From: the human T2T-CHM13v2.0 reference genome, Homo sapiens
Assembly (NCBI RefSeq): GCF_009914755.1
Contig: NC_060928.1
DNA: 64,000 bases
Direction: 5' to 3' (one strand)
Made by a program: the position numbers and the translations under genes. Of this stretch, positions 35,919 through 49,789 are shown one piece after another. Position 1 is the first letter of the stretch. The number at the start of each line of letters is the position of its first letter. Under the pieces are notes generated by a model. The model was not told the origin of the DNA. It made no database searches and worked only from the letters and a program-made list of their open reading frames with translations.

Positions 35919-36264
35919 ATGAGAATTTATTTTAGCTTTTTAAATTAAATATACCTTTCATAATTATCAGTATTCAAAAAATTTATATTACTTAAATGTC
36001 AAGTATATAATTGTTTGGTCTTTTATTTATTTAATTTGAATTGATGACATTGCCCACATTCTGAGTAAAATAGTCTGAAAAGCTATCCACTGCCTTACCA
36101 GCAATATAGCTCTTTGAGAAAGTGTGTTGCATTCCAAAAATTTTACTTTAAAAGAAACTTTTGAAATAACTGGTTTAGAAACCTATGGCAATTACAATTC
36201 ATGAAGAGATAAGGATAACAAGAGAAATTTATTATTTTTCTTTTATTGAAAAAGTATCTACTGA

Positions 36265-37870
36265 TTTTCTCTTTGTTAGGTACTGTTCTAAGTACCAAAG
36301 ATGTTTCAGTAAACAAGTGAAAGCCTATCTTCCAAAGAGGAGGAAAACAATCAACAAATATTAATGCCATGTAATGTAAGAGGGTGATGGTGCTAAAAAG
36401 AAAAATAAAGCAGGGTAAAGGGAGATAGATTTATCTCCTAGGTGTGTAATCAGAGAAATGCTCTGGGGGAAATTCTCTGTGTTTATGTTAAATGCCATAT
36501 AAACAACAGGAGAGATGGATTACTAGACAGATGAAAAATCTCTTGGGAAAGAAGCTTTACTAGGCATATTCAAAGAAATGCAAGAAAGACAACGTGGTGT
36601 AATTAAATAAGGAAAATGAAAGAATTAGAAAACATTATAATAGGCAGTGGCTAGATCACACAAAGATTATAGTTCATGGTAAGGACTTCATATTTTATTT
36701 ACAGTATGCCATAAAGCTATTGGAAAGTTGAGACTAGGTGCTTGGCATGGTGTGTATTATATTTCACAATACCTACTGTTTTGTCTTTGGGGACAATAAG
36801 CTATGGCTGAAATCGAGTGAGGGAGTGGAGCTCATTGGCCTTGGCCCTATTGCTCTCATGTACATTTCTCTCCTTTCCCAAGTTCTATTGTCTATCATTA
36901 GAGGAAGATGAACCTTTAGTACTGCATTTCGCAGCCTCTCTTATGAAATAACTGGATGAAATACTGGCAGAAAACTGACAGGTGGATGGAAGAGAGAAGA
37001 CAGGCCATATTTTATCTTATTTATTTCTGTCTTTTCATTGATTCTGAGCCTGAGAGACTTACTGTGGTTCTGCTTTCACTGGACATCAGCAACAAGTATA
37101 GTTTTGGGATCTGGTTGGTTCCTGTCTTTAAACTTCTAGTTTATGGGGAATTGTCTAGAGTGATTTCTGTTGGTCTAGTTGGACCCTGACCAAAACAAGA
37201 GGCAAAAGCAGAAGCAGGGATATTGTCACGGGTCCATGGCAGTAATCTAAACAACAGAAGAGGGTAATTGAGCAAGTTATCATAACAGCAATGGGCAAGG
37301 TAAAAAGCGATACCACTTGCGGTCTCCCGGATGAAGAACCAACAGGGCATGTTAAAGGATTGGATGAGTGTTGTGATAGAAGAAAAGAAATAAAACATCT
37401 TTAAGGTTTAGTTTGAAAAATTAGATTAAAGGCAATACCATTGGTAGAAGATATAGGAACGATCAAAGAAAGGCAGATTCATTCACAGGGAAGGAATATG
37501 AATCAAGAGTACTGTTTGGTAGAATTTGACATTGACATGACTATTTTATATCTATGTAGAGGGTCAAGTAAAAAGTTAAATATACAAATTTAGAGTTTAG
37601 GGGAGCACTTCAATTAGAGACATATTGGATGGGTGGGTAGGATTATTGGTGTAGTAAAGTCATAGAATTTGGAGAGATTACTTGGGAACTGATTATAGAG
37701 AAGAAGCAATATCTGAAGACTAAGCCCTAATGCACTCCAATATTTAAAAATTGGAGAGAGAGAGAGAGAGAAAGAGAGAGAAGAAACTATCACAGAAACT
37801 AAAAAGGCAAAACCATGAAGTAAGAGGGAAAAGAGAAGAGTAGTTTTTAGAAGTGAAGAAAGCTTTTCAA
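36265..37870 (-). mobile_element. L2 fragment split by an ERVL-type LTR (~36790-37198)
   Basis: taggtactgttctaag..., ggtaaggactt..., and after the LTR (which ends ggaccctgaccaaaaca) ctgaagactaagccctaatgcactccaatatttaaa. Confidence 0.6.
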
Positions 37871-37924
37871 GATGAGATATCCAATGCATTTTATGTGTCA
37901 TTTATAATATCATGTCATTTCATC

Positions 37925-38030
37925 CTCCCTTCCTTCTTTCCTTCCTTTCTTTCCTCTCTTCTGTCTTGCTGCCTTCCTTCCCTTCCTGACTCTCTCCTCT
38001 CTCTCTCTTCCTTCCTTATTGCTTTCCTTG
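37925..38030. repeat. CT-rich / (CCTT)n low complexity
   Basis: Pyrimidine tract, seen directly. Confidence 0.85.
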
Positions 38031-38139
38031 TTTTATTCAGTCATTTAACCAATATTTATTGAAAGCCTGATAGGGGCACTATACTACTTAATTCTAGTCT
38101 CGGATATAGAAGGCCTTCAATAAAATCTCTCTCTCTCTG

Positions 38140-38449
38140 TTTTTTTTTTTTTTTTTTTTTTTTTCTTGAGTTGGAGTTTCGCTCTTATTGCCCAGGCTGG
38201 AGTCCAATGGCATGAGCTTGGCTCACCACAACCTCCGCCTCCCGAGTTCAAGGACTTCTCCTGCCTCAGCCTCCCCAGTAGCTGAGATTACAGGCATGTG
38301 CCACCACACGCGGCTAATTTTGTATTTTTAGTAGAGACAGGGTTTCTCCGTGTTGGTCAGGCTAGTCTCAAACTCCTGACCTCAGGTGATCCACTCGCCT
38401 TGGCCTCCCAAAGTGCTGGGATTACAGGCATGAGCCACTATGCCCAGCC
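38140..38449 (-). mobile_element. Full-length AluSp/Sq-like
   Basis: gagtttcgctctt, caatgg, gggtttctcc, tggtcagg and a poly-T tail. TSD-like taaaatctct (38121) / taagatctct (38450). Confidence 0.93.
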
Positions 38450-40399
38450 TAAGATCTCTTAATAGTAGCCCATTGGAAAAGACCCAATTTTTCCAGACTG
38501 TTCATTTTATAAAGAATCATAAAGTTCATGTTTAGAAAACAAAGCATGTTAACCTGGAAAACGAATCCATTATTCTACATTTTAGTAAAATAATGAGTTT
38601 TACACTTTATTTCAAACTTTATGTACACTTACACGTACAAGTAATAAGCATATATGCATAAATATGTTGCATTCAATTTTATCATATTTATTTAAAATAG
38701 TTTACAATGAGAATTTTAAAAACATGTTTTCTCATGTAGCGATTTTGACATTTTATTTTTCTGCTTGGAAGTGGCAAATGCTCTACTTTAGAGCCTCTTA
38801 TTTCTTTGCGCATGTAAATACATTCCAAAGGTTAAATTTAAAAAGTTAGCTCCTTGCAATTGGCTTAGAAGAAAGCTAAACCTATACCTTCCATACATCT
38901 CCTTCACAGACTGTTTTGCTTTTCCTTCTTTTAGGACTGAACATGTGGCCTGCATTTTTCTCATTCATAACCAAGATTCACCTCTAAAGTAGAAAAATAT
39001 CCAGAATATGAGTTGAGTCTAATTCTTCTTAAAATCGAAGACAGTTAAGCTCCAAGGTTAAAATTGGTAAGCTCAGGAAATCCTAAGTGTAAACATCACC
39101 TTTCAGTCACCTACAAATCATCTCCTGCTCCTTTTTCTCTGAAATGCAGGATTGCAGCCTCACTGCAAATTTTCTTTCTAAATTAAGCAGCACATTTCAG
39201 GTATCTAAGAAGCAGCTGAGTGAGGCAAGGGATTTTTAAACTGGATTCCACTCAAAATTGCTACTGCTCATTACATTTTCACAAGTGGGGGTGAGAATTT
39301 CAGAGTTTAATGAAGGTCACGAAAACAAGAAAATGTAGCAGCAAAATAGGACGAGGTTTTAGAGTAAAAATTAGGAGAATTAAAAAATGAAATATGCTAT
39401 TAAAATTCTACATTTTAAATTTTTATTTTCCTCAGCATAATTATAAACTTCAATTGACAAATGAGATATAAGAAGCAGACTGAGTGCTGTAATATAATTG
39501 GATTTAACTACAGAGCGTAATATAGACTTTTCATCTTCAACCTTATTCTAACCTTTAAAAGCTTACATTTGTAATTTTATACTCTGTAGTCACTAGGATT
39601 TGGATTTTAATGCAGCAGAAAAGACAAGAATCAAGCCTTAGTATTAACCTACTATTAGTCCATAGGAACAGCCAAACTTCCTGAATAAAATACAAAATGT
39701 ATATTTAAGTATGTCATTTCATTTTTATTTTTTTCTGTAGACTAAATTATGACATATATTTTAGTCTTTTAATAACAATAAGTTCTACTGTGGCTAAATT
39801 TATTTCTAAAGTATGTGTACCTAGATTGTGGGTAGAAAAATTCAATCTGTAGAAGATTTTAGTCACCTCAGACTAAAAAACAAAAACAAAAATCGTGATG
39901 GCTATATTTAGCTAGGTTGAAAAAATCAGCCAAAAATAAATCTTCCCCCCAATTCCTTTATTAAATGCTATATCTAACAGAAAACAAGAAGACCTTTTGT
40001 AAGGCTTTCCATCTGCTTAATTTACCAAGGTAGTAATGATTTATGTTAAATGACCTCCAATGAAGTTCAATGAGCAAAGAATCAAGATTAAGCTATGATG
40101 GAAGGAAAACAAGGAGGGCAGGGGATAGAAAATACAAAGTCTCATAAATACCTGGAAAAATGAGATAAACACATTCATATTGCTATCGTATATTAAGAAA
40201 TTAACGCATTCTGAGATGATATGGATATGCCCTGTTCAGTATGCTCTGAGGTTTGAAATTCAACCACAATGTGAGAGTTGCCTATCTTCTACCCTTGGAA
40301 CCCAGTGGTTTTTACCCACTGATTATGCCCAAACACTAGAGAAGAAAGTTGGCTGCTTTCAGATGTTTAAGGGGAAAGGGAAACGTACATGTAAGCACT

Positions 40400-40922
40400 G
40401 AGTGTCCTAACTGGCACACTCTAAGATGGCTCCCAGTGATCCCTCCTTCCTTTGATTCACACCTTTGTGTAATCATTTGCCTTGAGGTGGCAGGATTTGG
40501 TGACTTACTTCTAGTGAATTGGACACAGCAGAGTTGACTGGATGTCAATTCAATGAACATGTCCTGCAATAGATTGTGCTTCCGTGTTGGGTTTTTTCTC
40601 TTCAAATTCACTTTCTGGGGGAAGCCAACTACCATGATGCAAGTAGCCCTATGAAGAAGGCCTGATGGCAAAGAGCTGAAACCCCCAGGCATCAGCTAGT
40701 GAGTACTTGAGACCTGCGAACAACCATCTGAGTGAACTTCAAAGTGGATTCCCCTCCAGTTGAGAATTAAGATGACTTCCAGCCACAGGTAACACCATGA
40801 TCAAAGCCTTGTAAGAAACTCAAAGCAGAAAACACTCATCTAAGCCACACCTGGATTCTTGACTCACAGAATTTGTAGCTGCTGGTTTTCAGGTAATTTT
40901 TTCACAGCAATACATAATAACT
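40400..40922 (+). mobile_element. MLT1E/F-like MaLR LTR
   Basis: ctctaagatggctcccagtgatccc...ggggaagcc...cctggattcttgactcacagaa...cacagcaatacataataac. Confidence 0.8.
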
Positions 40923-43900
40923 TTAGTATCTTTTCAGATTCTCCATATAGAATTTCCCATCCTACTCTTATTTGATAAAATGTGGTATCTACCTCCATTA
41001 ACCCACGATTATGTAAGATAATTATTTTATAATAAAGATACTGAAATATTGCCTACTTGAAACAGTAACTCATTCATTTCTTAGGCACTATTTTTTTTAA
41101 CTTTCTGTTAAAGAACTCTGTGAAAACAAGTATTTGTTTCTGATTTTTGGGTCCCATTTTCTTCCTTTAAATCTACCGAATCCAGCAATCCAGGGAAGTC
41201 ATTGAATTCAACTGTCAAGTAAGACGTATTTGTGTTTTCTTAAGTTGAAGTCTGATTGCTTTATTAGCAATGGGAGTTTATGATGAACATATTTTTCCAT
41301 TAAAGTAAGGAAATGTGATACAAAATGTGATGGAGTGATCTCAGGTAAAGATATTAGAGTATTTTTGAATAGAATACGCCTCAGCAAATACAGTTCTTCC
41401 TTCTTTATTTTTTAAATCTATGATATTATTTGTTACTTACTTGGGATATTACTATTTATCTCAGAAAGAGATATTCCTTAGATACTTAAGCTGAACGTCT
41501 TGGTGACAGAAAACGTTGATTAGTATGATAGAAAATGAGGATTATTTTCTAACTTCAATTGTGTAGATGTAAAATCTTTTTAATGGAAGAGAATAATTAT
41601 TCATTATGGTGGCAAATTTGCTCAGAGGAGAAAATATTTTATCAGCAGACAAACTGACTCATGGCATAATCCTCTAACTACAAGGTACCCCAGAGGGGAG
41701 GGTAGAGGCATATTAAATCAGAACTTGGTATCCAACTATATAATGGCTGGATATCGCCTGTCTATTATTTTTAGTTTCCTTATCCCATGGCTTTTCCTTA
41801 ATCCTTTTAAATTGAAAATTATTCTTATATTAAAAAATAAAATGTTCCATAATACAGGAAGGAAAATAGATTACTGAATTAGACAATAAATGGTAGTTTT
41901 AACTACGAACTAAGTAACTCAGATTTATTGAGCAGCTACAGACAGACACAATGTATTAAGTCATTCAGTCCCACAACATTCAGAGGCTTTGAGAGGTAAA
42001 GGGCCTTGTCAATACTATACAGTTTATAAAATATAAGAGCCAGTGTTCAAATCTGGTGGATTTGGCAAAATCTAAATCTAGATTGTTTGGTAAAATCTAA
42101 ATCCTATATTCTTTCCAGAATACCATATTTCATATTTTGCCTTGTATGTACTTTAAACATTTACTCTAAAAGTCTTTCAACTAATATTATCAGGGTCTTT
42201 TTAGTAAAAGAGATATGCTTTTTGCTCTAAAACTGTTTTTGCTAAGGGATAGAAGTGTGGAGTTTGCTAAGCTCTAAAATAAAATAGTAGCATTACCAAA
42301 TTATCTGAGTTTTTCCAAAATATTTTACCAGATATTTAAAACAGCCGTATAATTAGACTAGAGACTTCTCAGGTCATGAAAGAATTTTTTTCTGGATAAC
42401 TATAGTCCTTAATTGAATAATATGATAAATGAAAATTGATACGCTTAATTTTACATAGTTGTATTATCATCCCTACATCTTTGCCCTCCAGACACTTGGT
42501 CTCCTAAGATAGCCAGCTAATTACCAGGTCTCCTTGTGGTGCCTTATCCAGGCTAGTCTTCCTTGAACATCACCTCTTCCTCTCAACCTTTCCCATGCTC
42601 TTCCATGCAGTAGTGTTCTCTGGACAATTTCTGGAACTGCAAAATGATCTGATAAACAAATTTTTGGTTCGATATTACTATGTAACCCTTGATTAATTGA
42701 GACATGTATTACTCTCCTGAGAATATTGGCATTTGAGCAGAGAATACTGAGGATACAATGTGCAATCTAAGAATGGCTGTCTAATCAGGCAACTTGTAAG
42801 AAGTTTCTTTTTTTTTTTTCTTGCAGAAAGATCTTTTTTGCACCTGTACCACAAATCAAATAATGTAGAATGTTTAAAAGTAAAGATAAAACGATCCTTT
42901 TATATTATTTAGTTCAACCATCTTAGTGCACAAAGGGGAAAAAATGTCCAAAGTCCCACACTTAGTGGTCATTCCAGCACTTGAGTTTTGATTACAAATT
43001 CAATGTGCTTTTCCCAGTACAAAGCTTCCCTTGTATCTTGTTCCACTTATTTGTAATGCCGATCCACATGTCAATTTCTGCTAATTGCTGGTCCTTCTTT
43101 GAGACTGGTTTCCAGAGACTTTTAAAATAGGTCTGGTAGTATATGATTATAATACTTCTAGGAAAATAATTAAGTAACACCATGTAACCCTGACAATCAA
43201 GAAAATGCTACTCTAATTGATCACTACCCTCTTTCTACCAACTTTGTTCAATGTATTTTGTCATCAGTCTTCCTACATATAAAAGGGTGGATTAATGGTT
43301 CCTTATTATTTTTGGAAGTCTAATAGCCTTGCCCACTTCAGCCTCTGTGTTCCTCTGTCTCTGGCTGCTGGACCTACCTAATCCTCACCTATAGGGAGCT
43401 TAATAAAGACCCAGGGACCAGCCTTGACCCCAGGTTATAAGAAGGGAGAAATGTAATTTAAGGATGCTTATGTCAGCAGATAGATGCTGAATTATCCAGT
43501 CAATCTTGTTGTGCTTTTGCTGTCAATTTGAACCCCTTTGGCCAAGTTTTCTGCCTTAATCAAAAATCATGAGGTGATGGGTCTTCAACCTACTTGCATA
43601 CAGGCAAGTGGTCCAGCATTGTGATTTTTTGCAAAATCCTGCCCAATCTTTAAATATGTGGTATAAAGTTATTTCTTGAAGGGAAAGTGACCGCATTTCT
43701 CTGTGTCAACCTGAAGCAAAAAATGAATATAATAAATTTTCCCTATATCTATTCTTTAGAACTCTTATCCCACAACATGCTCTATGAGAGATATATTTCT
43801 TGTTCAAAATATTTGGGGTAATACCTGCCTTTTTCCTTTCCTACCTTTGGAGATTCCTAATATATATTGAACTCTCTAAGAAGTCTTGAAATAATAAAAC

Positions 43901-45837
43901 GTGCATAAATGTTTACCCTAATGTGTGTTCTTGTTTTGTTTGATTTATCTGAGAACACAATAATATTTTTATATAACAGTGGTGAATTGTTACTCTTGAG
44001 GAAGCAGCATTGCTGGTTTTATCTATGGGAGAATTTTCATAGTTGGTACAGGACATGAGTAGCACATACACTAGATTTGGCCCTTGGCCCTAAACCTCCC
44101 TGGGCAACCTTCCAGCACTGAGTATTCTGTCCATAGGTCTTTTTATTTCTCTGACCTCAAGATAGAAAGTCCAGTTTCATTCATATTTTTATATCTGATT
44201 TAGAAATTAAAGGGAAAAAACCCACATATTTTATACCTACTTTGTGTCCAATACTATGCTAAAGTCTTGTCATATATAATCGTTTAAAAATAAAATTTTG
44301 TTAGTAAAAAGCAAGTAACACAGGGTAAAAAGTTTTTTTTTTTCTATTAAAAATCAGATTTCAAACACTGACTCTACCAGCTGAAAACTAAAACAAGAGT
44401 AAGTCACTTTATCTTCTTGAGGTTTTGGTTTTCCAAAACCTCAAGAAGTTTTTTGTCTTAGTTTTTTTTTTTTTTTTTTGTCTTAAATTTTTATTTTAAA
44501 TTTATGTGTGTGTGTAAGAGAGATACAAAAACAATGTGGGTGCTGACAGATAGTGGGTATACCAGGCTTCCATTCATGTCAAAACTTGAGTATAAGTACT
44601 ACTTGTATAAACCAAAATTTTCTAAGCTCTCAAAGAAAGTAACATAGCATTCTCTATACTTATCATTTTATAGTTGGTGTTACATAACTCAATTCACCTA
44701 CAGAAGAAGTATATGCTTCATTTAAATTAGCTGAGCTTAAAATTTATGAAGAGGTAAGCAGCCTGATGATGTAATTGTGCCTTCTTTACTCCAATTCCAC
44801 CTCCTGTGGTACAGACAGGTGTTCCATCTAGAGTGTTGCCATTCATGCTTAGTCAGATTCAATTCCTTTTAACCATTTTCTCAATGAAACAAAACTGTAA
44901 TGACTGTTCATATATCTTAACTAGCAATATTGTTATTCCTCCTATGAATGTTGGTCATATTTTCTTTCCTTCATTTCTCTTTCTTGAATCCTCCTTTTAA
45001 TCCCATTTAATCTCAGAAGTTATACACATTAATTCTTAGATCTTAATGTCTCTTCTACTTTCTCTTGTGGGCAGCTTGCAGGGTAACATAATAGCCAAGG
45101 TTTTTCACACAATGAAGAATAAGAAATTCTAAAAATAAACTGGATATGTTTGCTAATATCAGATGTCCTGAGGATTCAATAGGAAAAATGGTTGGTGGTT
45201 CAATTATTCAATGTTTTTATCACTATAGATTTTATTTATATTGTGTGAGGTAATACAGCTTAACCATTAAGTCAAGTAAGTCTGGATTTGTGTTCCATTT
45301 TATTACCGATTGTGTGATATTGAATAACTTAGCAAGTCTCTCTAATCCTTAGTTTTTTCATGCAAAAGATGCACAAGGTTGTCATGAGAACTGAAAACAC
45401 ATTACTACACCCATTTTCTACATTAATTTTCCAAAATATTTATCTAAATTACTGTACATTTTTCTCATTTGAGTACTATCCACCGTTAATATTTCATCAG
45501 AATAGTTATTTTTGTTTGTTTATTCATCCTCTATACCCCGGAATCTAGGACAATGCCTAACAAATAGAAGGAACTTAGTAAAGAGCTATAAATGAATGAA
45601 TAAAATATACAAATGTAGTTTTAATATACAAATTTGGGATATTATCATTAGCATGAAAATAGTTAACAATCCTCCCCAAAACCTTATTATTCCCATTTTA
45701 GTAATAAGGAAACTGAGGATCAGAGAGGTCACATGGTAAGAACTGGGAGAATAAGTACTCATTTCATCCCTTGCTTAGTTCAGAATCCAATGCATACCTA
45801 CATTTTTCAACTTGGTAAATAAACATCTGTAGAGAAG

Positions 45838-46292
45838 GGTCTTAGTTCAGCTGCCTGAGAGGTAGAGCCTGAGATAAGTAATTTTGTACAAGCACTCCTG
45901 GAGTGTTCTCAGTGAAAACCTTTAAGGAAATAAATCAAAGTGAGATGATGCAGGCCAAGGAGCTAAGCAAAAATATGGTTTCACTGAATCTAGACAAGCG
46001 TGATCCCATGGGGAGCTCTGGAGTGTGAATGGCACCATAGAATTGTCCTGGCTTGAAGTGGCTTTGGGGCTGGAATATCTTATCCTGAATCAGTCAGTGA
46101 TTGCTAGGTTTTGCCTTCTCCAGAGAGTGTTTACATTCTCATGCATCTTCTGGTGAGACAAATTCTGTAAGCCAAGGGCAATTTTCCACAGACGGGTGTA
46201 ATTGTACCTATCATTACTGATACTCATAACCAGTAGGTGATAGGTGCATTGGCTTCATAAAGGGAATCCAGGCAAAGCACCAACAGCCACTG
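45838..46292 (-). mobile_element. LTR16-like ERVL LTR
   Basis: gtcttagttcag...agagcctgagataag...tgatcccatggggagctctggagtgtgaatggcacca. Confidence 0.65.
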
Positions 46293-47344
46293 TCAAAAGG
46301 GAGCTGGTAAACCTGAGTCAAATAGTGATTTTTCTCCTGGCTACTATACATTCATTTTAGTCCAGCAGCTTACATCCTTACTTCCTTATTATCCTAAGAT
46401 AAACTTATGTATCAGATTTTCATTTTGAGCAGTGGTGAATTAAATAAAAGAAGTGAAGGGAAATTAAGGAAACATTGTGACAGTAGCCACTTTATCATCA
46501 ACAGTAATATTTTATTATTGGTCCTACTTTGAACATATGTCATAGTCACCAGTCACTGGACTTAAACCCCTCTCCTATTATTATAAGGTAACTGACATCT
46601 AGAATTATCCCATGTTTTGTACTTGTCGGTTCTCCAATTCAAGTCTGCTCTATGAATGTCCACCTGTATCTTTTTGTTTAGAACTTTTACTGAATGCCTA
46701 CGCTGTGGAACTTACCCAGTTGTGCTTACAGCTTTGAACTATTTCCTCTGTTTGGAATGCTTCTCTCCCTGAGCATGATAATGTATCACCTCTAGTCTCA
46801 GAGACATCACCCAATTCTTCAGATCAGCCTGACTTTAAGCCCAAGCTCCCCAGGTCCTGTGGCCAGTAGCTCCCAGTGATGCCAGCATATTTCTTTCCAG
46901 AATCCTGATCACAGTGGCTTTCTTATGGAAAAGACACTAATTTACATTTTTCAAATAATCATAAAATATTCTGCAATGGAAAGTATGTAATTATACAGAA
47001 AAGGTTAATCCTAAAATTGTAGACCCCTTAGGGACTTTTTACTTGCCCATTGCAACCCTCCTAAATGTCAATAAAATCACAATCTGTAAATTAGAAAGTG
47101 AGAAACCACCTCCAGAGACAGCTGAGGTTTGGATGAACCACAAGGAAATGACTTTTGCCTGGAGGCCAAGTAATCTTAGTTAAAGGGCAGGGAACTCTGG
47201 TGAGCATTATTTTGACTTGTTGAAAGGGACCATGGGTTTCATAAAAATAAATCTTTTACTTTCTAATATACTGCACTGAAGACACCGGTGTTACTTATAT
47301 TTGAAAAATTTCGATGTAAACTTGCATTTGGATTTTGTGATAGA

Positions 47345-47620
47345 GAATAATAACAACAACAACAGCAATGAGACAATAACAATAGCAACAAAATCTAACT
47401 GTAGTAATAATAATATGGTGAAGAAGAAGATGGAGGAGGAGAAGGTGAAGGAAAAGAAGAAACTACTGCTGCTGCCATCACCACCAGATAAACTTTTCTT
47501 GAAATAGATGACCAAAATAAATAAATAAATAACAGCGACAATAATAAAAATAAATCGGGAGGAGAAGAACGAGAAAGAAGAGAATGAGGAAGAAAAAGAG
47601 GAGGAGAGGAAAATAAATAG
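47345..47620. repeat. Compound trinucleotide low-complexity tract (AAT/AAC/GAA/GAG/CTG/CAC)
   Basis: Seen directly. Confidence 0.9.
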
Positions 47621-48937
47621 TACATAGAACAACTTCCTGTCATCTGTTGGAATCTTTTAACCTATGAGTTGCTAGTGCACTCCAATGTAAAAAGAGCCTA
47701 CTATGTGTTAACTAACGTTCTATATACTGGAGACACACATAGAAAAAATTAATGAGACATTTTTCCTGCTAATATTGGGCTTTGAGTTAATATGGGGAGG
47801 TGAAACATGTGAAAAATTACCTGTTACCCCGTTATAGTGTTACATGTGTTATATTTTAGCCCTCCATAGCAGAACAGAGTGAAAGCATGAAGACAAGAAT
47901 TCTACGTGTTTCAAGGCAGGGAAAGTTTTCATTGAGCTGGTAATTCAAGGTGAATCTTGAATCTCTTTCTTCCTGTCCACTCAGATTTTGATTATGTAAA
48001 GTAATTAATGATTGCTATGGTTAGCTTTCTCTGTTGATCCCTTGGAGAAGACATACAAGTAAGTCCTCTCTAGAGTTAAAACAAAAAAGTAAAAGACAAG
48101 GCATAACAATGGGTAAATATAAGGGTGGTGGCAGTGTTTCAGGAGGTAAAACAAAGCATAGAGTTTTTGAGAGGAGATGAAGTATCATCTCATAAATTGT
48201 ATATCAGGGAAGGCACTAGAGTGCTCCCCCTCAGCAAGATGGCAGGGTCTGACAAGAAGAAGATATTCCTAAAGTTGTTAGTTTTGATAATAGAAGTGCA
48301 ATTAGGACCAAAATACAAAATTGTTAATTATTTTTCTTTTCAAAGTTGTTCAAAAATATATTGCTATCTATAATACATATAGGAAAACAATCCATTATGG
48401 CCTAAGAAGAGTATGGACTTTTTAAAAAGCTGAACCAGCGCTTTCATCAGACTGATAAAGTCCTTGTGTTCAGAGTTTACTATGGACTCCACAGTAAAGG
48501 AGATACAATTAAAAATTATACAAACACATACTCACACAGATATGCTTATATGAGTTGTCTGTTGACATATGACTTATGCTTAAACTCATAAAGAATATCT
48601 TAATTGAGACATTATCATGTGCATAGAACAGCTATATTCTGTGGAGAATATAAAAATAAACTAGAAATAGATTCTACCCCCTAAGAAATATTGGTTCAAT
48701 AAGAACAACAGGGCATCTAACTAAGGAACAATAATTCACATGTATATAAGTTAAGTGCCGTAAAAATGTAGATTATTCTGCAGTAAGATTCCTGAAGATA
48801 AAGATATTACATTTTGGTGAAAGGAGTTATCCACCCTGATGAAGAAATTGACAAACTATTGAAATTTTAAATGGAAGTTCATAGTTTGGATATATGCGTA
48901 ATGGCATGCAGATAAAAGGCAAAGGGTGAATAGGCAG

Positions 48938-49329
48938 TGTATTATATTGCTGGCACTACCATAACAAAACTCCGCAGATTGAGTGGCTTACCGAATAGAA
49001 GTTTACCTTCTCACAGTTCTGGAGGTTAGAATTTTGAGATCAAGGTGTTGGCTGGATTGGTTCCTTCTGAAGGCCATGAGGTAGAGATCTATTCCAGGCC
49101 TCTCTCCTTGGCTTGTAAAAGATTGTCTTCACATTGTTTTCCTTTCGTATATGTCTGTGTCCACATTTTTACTCTTCTAATAGGAACACCAATCATCTTG
49201 GATTAGAGCAAACCCAAATGGCCTTGTTTTAACTTAATTATATTTGTCTCCAAATATGTTCACATTGTGGGATACAAGGGGTTAGCATGTCAACATGAGA
49301 GTGAGTGGACCACAAGTCAGCACATAACA
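48938..49329 (-). mobile_element. MLT1B-like MaLR LTR
   Basis: ataacaaaac...gtggctta...ttctcacagttctggagg...gatcaaggtgttggc...ggattagag...cataaca. Confidence 0.85.
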
Positions 49330-49789
49330 GACAGTGAGGCAGAGGCAGAGAATTTTAATAGATATATAAAAAGAACTGTAAATTTTAGTTTGACTAGAAT
49401 TTAGCTACATTAACATAGAAAACAGACTGGACAAAAGACTGAAGACTGAAGCCAGATTGTATAGATCTTGAATGTCAAAATGGAGAGTTTGGATTTTATT
49501 TCTCAAGTATTAGGAAACCAGAAATGAATATGAGAAGAGGAGCAACATAATACATTCAAAATTATTGTATGCATACAGTGTGCCAGAAACCATGCCAAAT
49601 GTTATACCTCAACATCTAATTCTATCATCATATCATTTTAATCTTTGCAGCAATATATTTAACTGTGACTTATTAGTCCTCTTTTACAGAGAAGCAAACT
49701 AAGGTTAAAAAAAGTTGTTATAGTTTATGAATATTAGAGCAGAAAATCTAATTTAAGTCTTCAAAATCTGGCATCACATCAAGTGTATT

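Noticed and set aside
42805-42830. Strong acceptor-like site tttttttttttcttgcag (similar ones at ~1353 and ~14421)
   Set aside because: No paired donor or coding frame; such motifs are common by chance in T-rich DNA.
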